Shown here: positions 1 to 8,371 of the stretch, one piece after another
Layout of the letters: every line of letters begins with the position of its first letter
How positions within the stretch are numbered: position 1 is the stretch's first letter
Assembly (NCBI GenBank): GCA_937868245.1
Contig: CALMMI010000278.1
Span: 1 to 10,557 of the forward strand
Reading direction: 5' to 3'
Source: an uncultured Ignavibacteria bacterium
GTDB taxonomy: Bacteria > Bacteroidota > Ignavibacteria > Kapaibacteriales > UBA961
DNA length: 10,557 nt
Translations under genes and position numbers: made by a program
Notes under the pieces: model-generated
Told to the model about the DNA's origin: nothing
Database searches by the model: none
What the model saw: only the letters and a program-made list of their open reading frames with translations

Positions 1-55
1 AAATTAGTACGGCAAACAGCAGAATAAACTGATTAAAATAATTATCTTTTTTCAT
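1..55 (-). CDS. Possible 5' end of a gene running off the window (start codon only). The N-terminus MKKDNYFNQFILLFAVLI looks like a signal peptide or membrane anchor.
   Basis: ATG on the minus strand at 55..53 (plus-strand 'cat' inside 'ttttttcat'). It is followed by two lysines and a hydrophobic stretch and stays open to the window edge. Only 18 codons are visible, so this is weak. Confidence 0.25.
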   Translation of the reverse strand, partial: MKKDNYFNQFILLFAVLI

Positions 56-161
56 CGGATATTTGCTGAGGAAACCAATGTTATATATAATGGAATATTA
101 TAACAAAATTACGATAGAATAAAATAAAAAATGTTCTTGAATTTTATTCTGAGTTATCCAC

Positions 162-1058
162 CTAAGCTCCATGCGCACCAACTTTAGGAAGCGGGGCACG
201 GTTTTTCACATACGTATCTACCCAGTTCCGAATTTCAGCATTACTCTCTTCGCGCCTCCCTGCCAGAATGTGATCTGCATTTTCATACATAATCAGTTTG
301 TATGGATGAAGGGAATGTTGGAGTGCCATTCCGAGGTGGTAGGCATGATCAGGGTCAATTCGCCGATCACCGGACCCATGTAATACTAAAAGAGGAGTAG
401 TCTTGCAGAGCTTATCAGACCACGCTGAGGCAGAACGCTTCAATGCCTCATCATCGGGATTTGCTCCTTGAGGAATATACTTTGCAAATGTTTTATAGAT
501 ATAACTATTTTTGAGCGATAGATGCAGAGCCGTCGGTGCGCCTACGGTAACTGCTGCTTTGAAAACATCAGTTTTGGTAAGCATTTGCAGAGCCATCATA
601 CCGCCTCGGCTTCCGGCGATAATTCCAACTCGATCGGTATCAACGTAAGGGAGTCCTCGTAATAATTCGAGGGCATTCATCGCGTCGTCCACATCTGCTC
701 CACCCCATTCTTCTACTCCTTCGCTACCTACTGTCCCACGGTAATTGCTTGCTACAACTACATAACCCCAACTTGCATACAACCCGGCATACGCAAAAGC
801 TGAGAGAGGAGAGAGTGCCCCGCGCTCGCCCGTCCCGCCTCGATTGAAAACAAGGCACGGTAATTTCGCTTCATGGGTGGCAGGGAGAGCAAGAAAACCA
901 TTGATTTTCAAACCATCGCTCATATACGTAATGGCATACATCTGTACTGATGAATATTGGAGATATTCTTCAGGCGACATTGAGCGTTTGGCAATGGACA
1001 AAAGATTCTGCGGATTTGGGAGTAATGCGCTTTCTATGAGGGTTCCGTTTGGAATCAT
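162..1058 (-). CDS. Alpha/beta-hydrolase fold protein (prolyl-oligopeptidase S9 / dienelactone-hydrolase-like). There is no signal peptide, so it is probably cytoplasmic.
   Basis: 298-aa ORF. Nucleophile elbow IIAGSRGG (small-x-S-x-G), a later acid in HGSGDRRIDPD and a histidine in ENADHIL fit a Ser-Asp-His triad in the usual S9 order. The FNRGGTGERG oxyanion-region motif is also present. Confidence 0.72.
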   Translation of the reverse strand: MIPNGTLIESALLPNPQNLLSIAKRSMSPEEYLQYSSVQMYAITYMSDGLKINGFLALPATHEAKLPCLVFNRGGTGERGALSPLSAFAYAGLYASWGYVVVASNYRGTVGSEGVEEWGGADVDDAMNALELLRGLPYVDTDRVGIIAGSRGGMMALQMLTKTDVFKAAVTVGAPTALHLSLKNSYIYKTFAKYIPQGANPDDEALKRSASAWSDKLCKTTPLLVLHGSGDRRIDPDHAYHLGMALQHSLHPYKLIMYENADHILAGRREESNAEIRNWVDTYVKNRAPLPKVGAHGA

Positions 1059-1110
1059 TGATTATTTGAAATCGTTGAAATTATTTGTTAATGATAAAGT
1101 TTATTTCTTC

Positions 1111-1150
1111 CATCCGTAGCGGTGGGTTTGCAAACCCATCGCTACGGATG
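1111..1150. terminator. 40-bp near-perfect palindrome (19-bp stem) that could act as an intrinsic terminator or a protein-binding site.
   Basis: catccgtagcgGtgggtttgcaaacccaTcgctacggatg has one G/T pair that would be a G-U wobble in RNA. It lies 43 nt downstream of the aspartokinase stop on the minus strand. A short T-tract (tttcacaatt) follows on the plus strand only. Confidence 0.45.
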
Positions 1151-1192
1151 TTTCACAATTAAAGGCTGTGTTTGTTTTTCATCAGTTTCACA

Positions 1193-2347
1193 TCATATCT
1201 CATGCCGTTGAGCAACCACCACTTCATGTAGAAACTTTACAATTTCTTCTGTCCTTGTACCCGTCGGGAGTGAAAACCTGCACTCCTCAGGGTTTATTGA
1301 AATGCTGAACGGTAAATCTTTCCATCTTCCAACATCATACTGACGGAGGGCATCCAATACCAGCCAACCACTGCCATTGAGAACACTAATTTCTGAAACG
1401 GTTGGCGATACTTCTCGAATTGCAAATAACGGTAACCACGAATCGGTATTCGCTGCTATCCTTGTAAAATTCCCGGCGGGTGCGAACGCTGAACGAAATA
1501 CCAACGGGATATTAGCCCGTTCGGATGGTTCTATCATTGTAGAGTAAATCAATTTTAGTCCGCTTGCAGCCGCACGACGTGCTTGCTGGTAGTTCATCTG
1601 GGGAATAGGTTGTGCGTTCGGAATAAGTTTAGGGTCTGCCGTGTAAATTCCCTCTACATCCGACCAAATAATAATTTCATCGGCATTAAGAAGCTCCCCG
1701 AGAAGGGTTGCTGTCAGGTTGGAACTTTCCTTACCCATTGTTGTTATCTCGCCTGTTGAACTTTTAGCAACAAACCCTTGGGTTAGTACTATGCTGCTAC
1801 GTCCGAATGCAGGACGCAACACCCTCTCAACATTCAATGCCGTAAGCGAACTGTCGGGAGTGGCTGCCCCATGAACAGCATTGGTAACAATAATATTGGA
1901 CGAATCAACAAATGTCAGATCAAAACCCGATTCTTCCAAAAAATGCCGGACTGTGTGAAGAGCCAGCATCTCCCCAAAACTTAGAATAATATCAAGTGTC
2001 CTTGGTGTCAGCTCATGGGTAATAGAGATTCCACGCAGCAATTGATGAAGTCTTGTTTCACATTCATCCAAAAAGAAATTCAGGGCATCTTTTGTAGTTT
2101 TTATTGCAAGTAATTCGTCGGCAAAACGATGGTGTTCTCTTATAATCCCGTCACAAATTGAGAAAGCGAGGTCTTGGTCTCCATTTTCAGCTGCTCGTGC
2201 TGCTCTCTCTAAATCGCGGGTAGAGGTTGAAAAAGCAGATATAATTACAAGGAGGGGCACACTGCTTTGATTGCGGAGAATATCCACCATTTGAGAAAAC
2301 CCCTCGCGGCTTCTGAGTACCGCACCGCCAAATTTCATAACATTCAT
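1193..2347 (-). CDS. Aspartokinase-family (amino-acid kinase fold) protein, divergent, with a single C-terminal ACT-like domain.
   Basis: N-terminal VMKFGGAVL matches aspartokinase VxKFGGTSV. ISAFSTSTRDL matches VSAxxxxTDxL. WSDVEGIYTADPKLIPNAQPI matches the VDGVYTADPRxVPxA signature. The glycine-rich LGRGGSD motif is replaced by MGKESSN. Only about 85 aa follow the kinase core. Confidence 0.6.
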   Translation of the reverse strand: MNVMKFGGAVLRSREGFSQMVDILRNQSSVPLLVIISAFSTSTRDLERAARAAENGDQDLAFSICDGIIREHHRFADELLAIKTTKDALNFFLDECETRLHQLLRGISITHELTPRTLDIILSFGEMLALHTVRHFLEESGFDLTFVDSSNIIVTNAVHGAATPDSSLTALNVERVLRPAFGRSSIVLTQGFVAKSSTGEITTMGKESSNLTATLLGELLNADEIIIWSDVEGIYTADPKLIPNAQPIPQMNYQQARRAAASGLKLIYSTMIEPSERANIPLVFRSAFAPAGNFTRIAANTDSWLPLFAIREVSPTVSEISVLNGSGWLVLDALRQYDVGRWKDLPFSISINPEECRFSLPTGTRTEEIVKFLHEVVVAQRHEI

Positions 2348-2524
2348 AAATAGCTCTATAATAATACTCTAATTATTTCCTCACCACAAAGGTACGGTTT
2401 TTTAAGGATACTTACTAAAACCCTAACATCTTCATCATACATCATCAAACTCACTTCCTTTGCCCTACATGCCGCAGAATTTCAGTAAATTGCATCTAAA
2501 AACTACCGCACAAACACTCAAATC

Positions 2525-4780
2525 ATGAAATTACAATTAGTAAAACAAGCAGCAGGTGAGCTTCCCGATTTTCTAAAAGGTCTTAATCCCGAACAGTTGA
2601 AAGCGGCAGCAACCACCGAAGGTCCGCTTCTCATTATTGCAGGAGCAGGAAGCGGTAAAACCCGTGTTGTCACCTTTCGTATTGCGTACTTACTCGACAA
2701 AGGAATTGCCCCGTATAACATTCTTGCCCTTACATTTACCAATAAAGCTGCCCATGAAATGAAAGAGCGGATCGCAACAATGGTAGGCGATTCAACAAGT
2801 TCAAAAGTATGGGCTGGGACGTTTCACTCCATTTTTGCGCGTATTCTCCGCAGCGAAGCTGAGCATTTGGGATATTCTCCTTCATTTTCAATCTATGATT
2901 CTGATGACTCGCTTAGTATTGTGCGGGCTGTTATGAATACACTCGGTGTTTCACAGCAGCAAGTTCCGCCGCAAGGTGTCCGTTCGCGTATTTCATCTGC
3001 TAAAAACCAGATGATTGGCTGGCAACGATATGCTGCCGAAGCAGGCAATATCCTCGAAAAACAAACAGGACAAATTTACGAGGAATACGAAAAACGTCTT
3101 CGGCTCAACAATGCAATGGATTTTGATGATCTGCTCATCAATATCATCAATCTATTCAGAAATTTTCCCGAAATTCTCAAGAAATATCAAGACCGTTTCC
3201 GGTATATACATGTGGATGAATATCAGGATACCAACCGTGCACAATACATGGCAATCAAAATGCTTGCTGCCGGACAGCACGGCAATCTTTGTGTAGTAGG
3301 CGATGACGCGCAGAGTATTTACAAATGGCGCGGAGCTGACATTCGTAATATTCTCGATTTCCAGAATGACTATCCTGATGCAGCCGTTGTTCGATTGGAG
3401 CAAAATTACCGTTCAACTAAAACTATACTCTCTGCTGCCGATGATGTAATCGGCAACAACCGTAAACAACTTGCTAAAAAACTCTGGACGGACAATCCTC
3501 AGGGTGCAAAAATCAGTGTTCTACCAGCCAGGGATGACCGTGAAGAAGCAGATATGATTCTTAAGGCAGTCAGAAGCGAAATGAATGAGAATTTCCTTGC
3601 TCCAAAGGATTTTGCAATTCTTTACCGTACAAATGCGCAATCACAGGCACTTGAAGATTCTTTGCGCCGTGCGGCAGTTCCCTATACAATCGTTGGTGGA
3701 GTGTCGTTCTATAAACGAAAAGAAGTAAAAGATACGGTTGCTTACTTGCGGTTGCTGGTTAACCCTAATGACAGTGAGAGTTTGCTCAGGGTAATCAACG
3801 AGCCGCCTCGAGGAATCGGGGCAACTTCGATTCAACATATACGGACATTTGCAGATGAACGGAATATTTCGCTTTTTGAAGCATTTGCTCATGCCAATGA
3901 AATCACGACCATTCAAAAACGTGCAGCGGTTGCCGCCCAAACATTTACACAAATGGTGCAACGCTTCATCGATATAAAAGATGATATTCCTCCCACAGAA
4001 CTTGCTGTGAGCTTTATGGAAGCTACGGGGTTACTACGAATGCTCAAGGATGAGAATACAGAGGAGTCACTTGACCGTTGGAATAATGTGCAACGTTTGC
4101 TCTCTAACATAGCAGAAATGACCGCCCGTGAGGAAAACCCTTCACTTGAGGCATTCCTTCAACAAATAGCTCTTGTATCGGATACAGACGAAGCAGACAC
4201 TACAAAAAATCGGGTAGCATTGATGACAATGCACGCCGCAAAAGGTTTGGAATTTCCTGTAGTGTTTATTGCGGGAATGGAACAAGGTTTATTCCCGATG
4301 GGACGTGCTGAAAACAATGCAGAAGAAACAGAAGAAGAACGCAGGTTGTTTTATGTGGGGATTACCCGTGCCCGTCAAAAATTGTATCTAAGTCATGCCG
4401 AGCGACGTTTCCGTTTCGGTGAACTGGTGTTCTCGCAACCTTCCCGCTTTGTAGGGGAAATTCGTCAGGAACTATTGGAAGTGAAAGCAGGCACGATGAG
4501 TTTTCAACAAAGACAAGCACCTCCAAAACAGCAGGTGGATTTTAAGGCACCTCGCCAACCGTTTTTTGATGAAATTCCTAAAGATGATTTCATTTCGCAA
4601 GTGCCACCCAAGCAGCCGAAACTACGTGTAGGTATCAAGGTAAAACATGCACAGTTCGGGGTTGGAACGGTGCAAGGGTTGAGCGGGGAAGGTTCAAAAG
4701 CTCAGGCGGTGGTGTATTTCCCTACGTTTGGAAAGAAGCATTTGATGCTTGAGTATGCTAAGTTGCAGGTTATGGGGTGA
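2525..4780 (+). CDS. pcrA: ATP-dependent DNA helicase of the UvrD/PcrA/Rep superfamily 1.
   Basis: 751 aa. LNPEQLKAA...GPLLIIAGAGSGKT is motif I, LTFTNKAAHEM is motif Ia, VDEYQDTN is motif II, QNYRST is motif IV, and MTMHAAKGLEFPVVFIAG...FYVGITRAR are motifs V/VI. The C-terminal GIKVKHAQFGVGTV...VYF resembles a Tudor-like tail. There is no Shine-Dalgarno sequence upstream. Confidence 0.9.
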   Translation: MKLQLVKQAAGELPDFLKGLNPEQLKAAATTEGPLLIIAGAGSGKTRVVTFRIAYLLDKGIAPYNILALTFTNKAAHEMKERIATMVGDSTSSKVWAGTFHSIFARILRSEAEHLGYSPSFSIYDSDDSLSIVRAVMNTLGVSQQQVPPQGVRSRISSAKNQMIGWQRYAAEAGNILEKQTGQIYEEYEKRLRLNNAMDFDDLLINIINLFRNFPEILKKYQDRFRYIHVDEYQDTNRAQYMAIKMLAAGQHGNLCVVGDDAQSIYKWRGADIRNILDFQNDYPDAAVVRLEQNYRSTKTILSAADDVIGNNRKQLAKKLWTDNPQGAKISVLPARDDREEADMILKAVRSEMNENFLAPKDFAILYRTNAQSQALEDSLRRAAVPYTIVGGVSFYKRKEVKDTVAYLRLLVNPNDSESLLRVINEPPRGIGATSIQHIRTFADERNISLFEAFAHANEITTIQKRAAVAAQTFTQMVQRFIDIKDDIPPTELAVSFMEATGLLRMLKDENTEESLDRWNNVQRLLSNIAEMTAREENPSLEAFLQQIALVSDTDEADTTKNRVALMTMHAAKGLEFPVVFIAGMEQGLFPMGRAENNAEETEEERRLFYVGITRARQKLYLSHAERRFRFGELVFSQPSRFVGEIRQELLEVKAGTMSFQQRQAPPKQQVDFKAPRQPFFDEIPKDDFISQVPPKQPKLRVGIKVKHAQFGVGTVQGLSGEGSKAQAVVYFPTFGKKHLMLEYAKLQVMG

Positions 4781-4835
4781 GGGGGAGCGAAGTAATTTAA
4801 TGAAGAAAAATGCAAAACGCATTTAACAGAAAAAG

Positions 4836-4866
4836 GGTTTGAACTCTAAAAGTTCAAACCCTTCGG
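4836..4866. terminator. Bidirectional intrinsic terminator between the convergent plus-strand helicase gene and the minus-strand operon.
   Basis: aagggtttgaac / gttcaaaccctt form a 12-bp perfect stem with loop tctaaaa. A T-run follows on the minus strand (read 5'->3' the minus strand gives ctttttctgtt). A weaker cggttt follows on the plus strand. Confidence 0.7.
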
Positions 4867-4909
4867 TTTAATGTGTCATTTGTCGTGTTAGGAAAATTAC
4901 CCGAGTATA

Positions 4910-5111
4910 TCAGATAGCTTTCTCCTGCTTTATTTTGCCGATGAACTGCTCCATAAATACTACGGAATCAGGTAAATTTAAGCTCATCTGGACCCCTCCG
5001 TTTACTTCCAGGTCAACAAAAATCTCGTTGTCGTGGTAGTTGTACTCCAAATGAATATCGTGTATATCGGCAAACGGAACAGTATGCCGCCCAAAATGGA
5101 AAATAGTCATA
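4910..5111 (-). CDS. Small hypothetical protein (66 aa from the internal Met, or 89 aa from the upstream Met at 5179), probably co-transcribed downstream of the DEAD-box helicase gene.
   Basis: An ORF lies between the deaD stop (5239) and the terminator (4866). The Met at 5111 (MTIFHFGRH...) is preceded on the minus strand by gaGGAGAtacactATG. I recognise no family motif. An overlapping alternative frame (5013..5222) competes with it. Confidence 0.35.
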
Positions 5112-5238
5112 GTGTATCTCCTCACATTGTTGAGTAAATATTGTTGCGGCGAGTAATTGTTGCGTTGCCGCAACAGCAAATATAATCAAATCTCCAACGA
5201 AATGTGCAGGCAATTTGAGCAACTCGCAAAATAGTTAC

Positions 5239-6822
5239 TTACCGACCTTTATACACTTCAATTTTGAGTCTGTTCCCGCGGATATTCGCTCTTCGCATGC
5301 CGTCTATTACTTGCTTTACTTTAGTGGTAGATACATCAACAAATGTTAGGTTTGCCTGAACATCAATATCACCCACTAATTTACCGGCAACACCCGTTTC
5401 ACCGGCAATTGCACCTAAAATGTCTTTGGGGCGAACGTTCTGACGACTGCCTACATTGATTACTAATTTAGTCATGTCCGAATCGAATGATTTCCGTGCA
5501 GGAACTGCTGATTCTATCGTTTCTTCTTCACGGTCAGGGCTGATTTCAATTTTCAAAAATGCAGCTGCAATTTCAATCGGTGAAAATTCACCAGAATCAA
5601 TCAATCGCTCGATATGAGCCATATATGATTCCAATCCGCCTTCTTCTACAACCGCTGCAATTGCACTCATTACGGTAGAGGCACGGCTTTGCTCAATATC
5701 AGCAAATGATGGTATTACACCACGTTTGATTTTAATTTTTGCATAGCGTTGAATATCCTGCAATTTGTAGAAGTCCTTGCCTGCAACAAATGTAAATGCG
5801 CGACCCTTGCGTCCGGCACGACCTGTACGACCGATACGGTGAACGTATGATTCTTCATCTTGAGGTACGTCGTAATTGAATACTGCTTCCACGTCATCCA
5901 CATCAATTCCACGCGCTGCAACATCTGTTGCTACAAGTATTTCGATTGTCCCTTTACGGAATTTACCCATCACGGTATCGCGTTGTGCTTGGCGTAAGTC
6001 TCCATGCAAACCTTCGGCTGAATAGCCACGGGCTTGTAGATGTCCTACTACTTCGTCTACACGGCGTTTTGTATTGCAGAATACAAGTCCGAGCTTGATA
6101 CTGTGCATGTCAATAAGACGTGATAAGGTTTCGAGTTTTTGTCCGTCACGAACATCGAGGTATTCTTGGTCAATAAGCGGAACGGTGAGAGCTTCGTGCT
6201 TGATGGCAACATGTTCAGGATTTTTTTGGTATTTCTTGGTCATGTCCAATATTGCTTTCGGCATAGTAGCCGAGAAGAATACTGTCTGGCGTTCCGGTGG
6301 CACTTGTTGTAGGATAACTTCCAAATCATCGCGGAATCCCATGTCGAGCATTTCGTCTGCTTCATCCAAAATAACCATTTTGACCGCTGCGAAACTGATT
6401 GTGCCGCGGCGAATGTGATCCACAACACGACCCGGAGTTCCGATAATAATATGCGCTCCGCTGTGGAGTGCGCGCATCTGGCGTTCGATTTGCTGTCCGC
6501 CATACACAGGAAGAACTTGCACGCCTTTTTTATACTTGGCAAGTTCCATAATTTCTTCGGATACTTGAATAGCAAGTTCGCGGGTAGGGCAAAGAATCAA
6601 CACCTGAATCTTACGATCTGCGGTTAATGATTCTAGTGCAGGAATAGCAAATGCTGCTGTTTTACCTGTACCTGTTTGTGCTTGTCCGATAACATCCCCG
6701 CCTGCAAGAAGCACAGGAATTGATGCAGATTGAATCGGCGTTGTTTCCTCAAAACCCATGTCGTGCACGGCTTTCAAGATTTCTTTCGAGAGTCCTAACT
6801 CATCGAATTTCATTTTAACCAT
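5239..6822 (-). CDS. deaD: DEAD-box ATP-dependent RNA helicase with a C-terminal DbpA-type RNA-binding domain (DeaD/CsdA/CshA-like).
   Basis: Q-motif FDELGL...TPIQ, AQTGTGKT (motif I), PTRELA (Ia), DEAD (II), SAT (III) and HRIGRTGRAG (VI) are all present. The C-terminal ~75 aa (LVINVGSRQNVRPKDILGAIAGETGV...IEVYKG) resemble a DbpA RNA-binding domain. Confidence 0.9.
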   Translation of the reverse strand: MVKMKFDELGLSKEILKAVHDMGFEETTPIQSASIPVLLAGGDVIGQAQTGTGKTAAFAIPALESLTADRKIQVLILCPTRELAIQVSEEIMELAKYKKGVQVLPVYGGQQIERQMRALHSGAHIIIGTPGRVVDHIRRGTISFAAVKMVILDEADEMLDMGFRDDLEVILQQVPPERQTVFFSATMPKAILDMTKKYQKNPEHVAIKHEALTVPLIDQEYLDVRDGQKLETLSRLIDMHSIKLGLVFCNTKRRVDEVVGHLQARGYSAEGLHGDLRQAQRDTVMGKFRKGTIEILVATDVAARGIDVDDVEAVFNYDVPQDEESYVHRIGRTGRAGRKGRAFTFVAGKDFYKLQDIQRYAKIKIKRGVIPSFADIEQSRASTVMSAIAAVVEEGGLESYMAHIERLIDSGEFSPIEIAAAFLKIEISPDREEETIESAVPARKSFDSDMTKLVINVGSRQNVRPKDILGAIAGETGVAGKLVGDIDVQANLTFVDVSTTKVKQVIDGMRRANIRGNRLKIEVYKGR

Positions 6823-6999
6823 AGTGGTCTTTCTCTAAATATAACAATAGAATAAACCAACTTCCACAAGAAAGTAGCATGTAAGGGGAGAGACATAATC
6901 AATGTGTATTCTTGTGAGGGAGGGCAGCTTGCTCTTTGGAATAATAGATCTCTCGAACTGGGTATGCGTTGTGAAGGACGGAATCAAATAATTTCAGTA

Positions 7000-7007
7000 C
7001 AAATATA
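7000..7007 (-). promoter_or_regulatory. Candidate Bacteroidota-type -7 promoter element (TAnnTTTG) for the DEAD-box helicase gene.
   Basis: Plus-strand caaatata is TATATTTG on the minus strand, about 180 nt upstream of the deaD start. That would imply a long 5' UTR, which is typical of cold-shock helicase genes. No convincing -33 TTTG element is seen. Confidence 0.25.
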
Positions 7008-7342
7008 CGGAAAAATACTGAAACTCCCTACATTTTTTAGTAAATGCGTGTTTTTACTTAATGTGGGGCAACTAATTTGAGAGCGTGTACCTTATAAGTA
7101 GAATGATGTAACACTGTGCCAAATAGTGACAGATTTACCGTGTATATCAGGGAGTATAATTAAGTCGGATATTACTCGTCAGGAGGAGTTTTACGAAGTA
7201 TTAATATACAAATGTTTATCAGAGTTAAATAAAACAGAAGTAGGCAATAAATATCTATGTAAGAATAAAAATTCTTTGTATTATTGCGGTTAGAATAAAT
7301 TGATTCTGTTTTTACTGGTTTTCACAAAAAAATAGTATTCTT

Positions 7343-8371
7343 ATGAAAAAGTTCAACCTGTTTGTTCTATTGCTGTTGATTTCGACGAAAGCATTTTCAC
7401 AACAACTTCATACCCCAGCCGAAATAATCAAGATGATGATTGATTCTAAAACAAGTTATGAATACAGTATTTTGGATTCTGTAATTAAATGCAGTGATTA
7501 CTCAAATAATCTAAATGAATATTATAAATATAGAATTAAAAATGATTCAGGGCTTGTTACCCATATTTTCAGTCCGAATGAACAAGCTGCAATTTACTAT
7601 GCAAAAGCTGAGAAAGCTTTTCAGTCCAACGATAATGATAGTGCATTAGTATATTATATGATGACGATAAAAGCAGATTCTTCATTATCTAATGTAATGG
7701 CATACATAGGTCAAATATATTATGGCAGAAAAGATTATGACAAAGCAATACTCTGGTGTAAAAAAGCAATCGATAAAAATTTCATTGATTTCATGGCTCA
7801 CTGGTTTTTAGCTGATGCTTACTTTGCACGCCATTCAGTTCAGGATTTAAAGAATGCTGTTGATGAAGTCACAATTGCACAAATATTAAATAGAAATAAC
7901 CCAAGAATTAAAAAATCAATGAAGGACATTTTTGAAGTGGCAGATAGAAATACAGAAGATTGGTGCTTCAATCCCCAAATGAAACATCATCGAATTTCAG
8001 ACTCGAAGGTAAGTGTGTCGTCAGCTAAGGAATGGATTGTATATGCAATGGCTAAAGCACTGTGGGAATATGAACCCGGCTATAGGGAGTCTATGGGAGT
8101 TACAAAAGGCAAACATTCAAATCTTGAAGATAAGGAGTGCTTATTACCATTGATTATGTCGATAGATAAGTCTAAAAAAGAAAATAAAAAAGAGTATGAA
8201 GATCTTCAATTTAAAATTCTACTCGAAGCAACTGAAAACAAACATATTGACGAGTACATTTTTTACGAGATATTGCTTCCAGAACATCCATCTATAGTAA
8301 ATCAATTACCTGATGAAGTTATTCTTAAAATAAAGGATTACATTCTAAATATTCGCCATAAGAAAATATAA
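7343..8371 (+). CDS. Secreted or periplasmic TPR-like repeat protein of unknown function.
   Basis: 342 aa. The signal peptide MKKFNLFVLLLLISTKAFSQ-Q has a Bacteroidota-style AFSQ cleavage context and no lipobox cysteine. Residues ~80-170 show TPR-like periodicity (AIYYAKAEKAF...ALVYYMMTIKAD...AYIGQIYYGRKDYDKAILWCKKAIDKN...AHWFLADAYFA). GC is about 30%, against about 44% in the neighbours. Confidence 0.55.
   Translation: MKKFNLFVLLLLISTKAFSQQLHTPAEIIKMMIDSKTSYEYSILDSVIKCSDYSNNLNEYYKYRIKNDSGLVTHIFSPNEQAAIYYAKAEKAFQSNDNDSALVYYMMTIKADSSLSNVMAYIGQIYYGRKDYDKAILWCKKAIDKNFIDFMAHWFLADAYFARHSVQDLKNAVDEVTIAQILNRNNPRIKKSMKDIFEVADRNTEDWCFNPQMKHHRISDSKVSVSSAKEWIVYAMAKALWEYEPGYRESMGVTKGKHSNLEDKECLLPLIMSIDKSKKENKKEYEDLQFKILLEATENKHIDEYIFYEILLPEHPSIVNQLPDEVILKIKDYILNIRHKKI

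Noticed and set aside
171-1119. Plus-strand ORFs 171..383 and 844..1119 overlapping the hydrolase gene.
   Set aside because: They lie antisense inside a well-supported minus-strand CDS with a clear catalytic triad. Their peptides are low-complexity or shadow-frame artefacts.
2518-4110. Antisense or alternative-frame ORFs inside the UvrD/PcrA gene (2518..2742 -, 3015..3296 +, 3152..3403 -, 3641..3961 -, 3913..4110 -).
   Set aside because: The main frame carries every SF1 helicase motif in order. The others are chance open frames inside it.
5715-6627. Small ORFs inside the DEAD-box helicase gene (5715..5924 -, 6074..6418 +, 6240..6575 -, 6415..6627 +).
   Set aside because: They are shadow ORFs. 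The 527-aa frame has a complete Q-I-Ia-II-III-VI motif series.
2525-6822. Possibility that the two adjacent helicase genes form a defence or novel nucleic-acid-targeting system.
   Set aside because: The genes are convergent and separated by a bidirectional terminator. Each has the full canonical architecture of a housekeeping enzyme: PcrA/UvrD with Tudor-like tail, and DeaD with DbpA RNA-binding domain. No nuclease, sensor or effector domains are attached.
6823-7342. Short ORFs of 5-15 codons in the AT-rich spacer, such as MCILVREGSLLFGII and MRCEGRNQI, as candidate leader peptides or toxins.
   Set aside because: They are too short and have no consistent start context. Random ORFs of this size are expected in 520 bp of AT-rich DNA.
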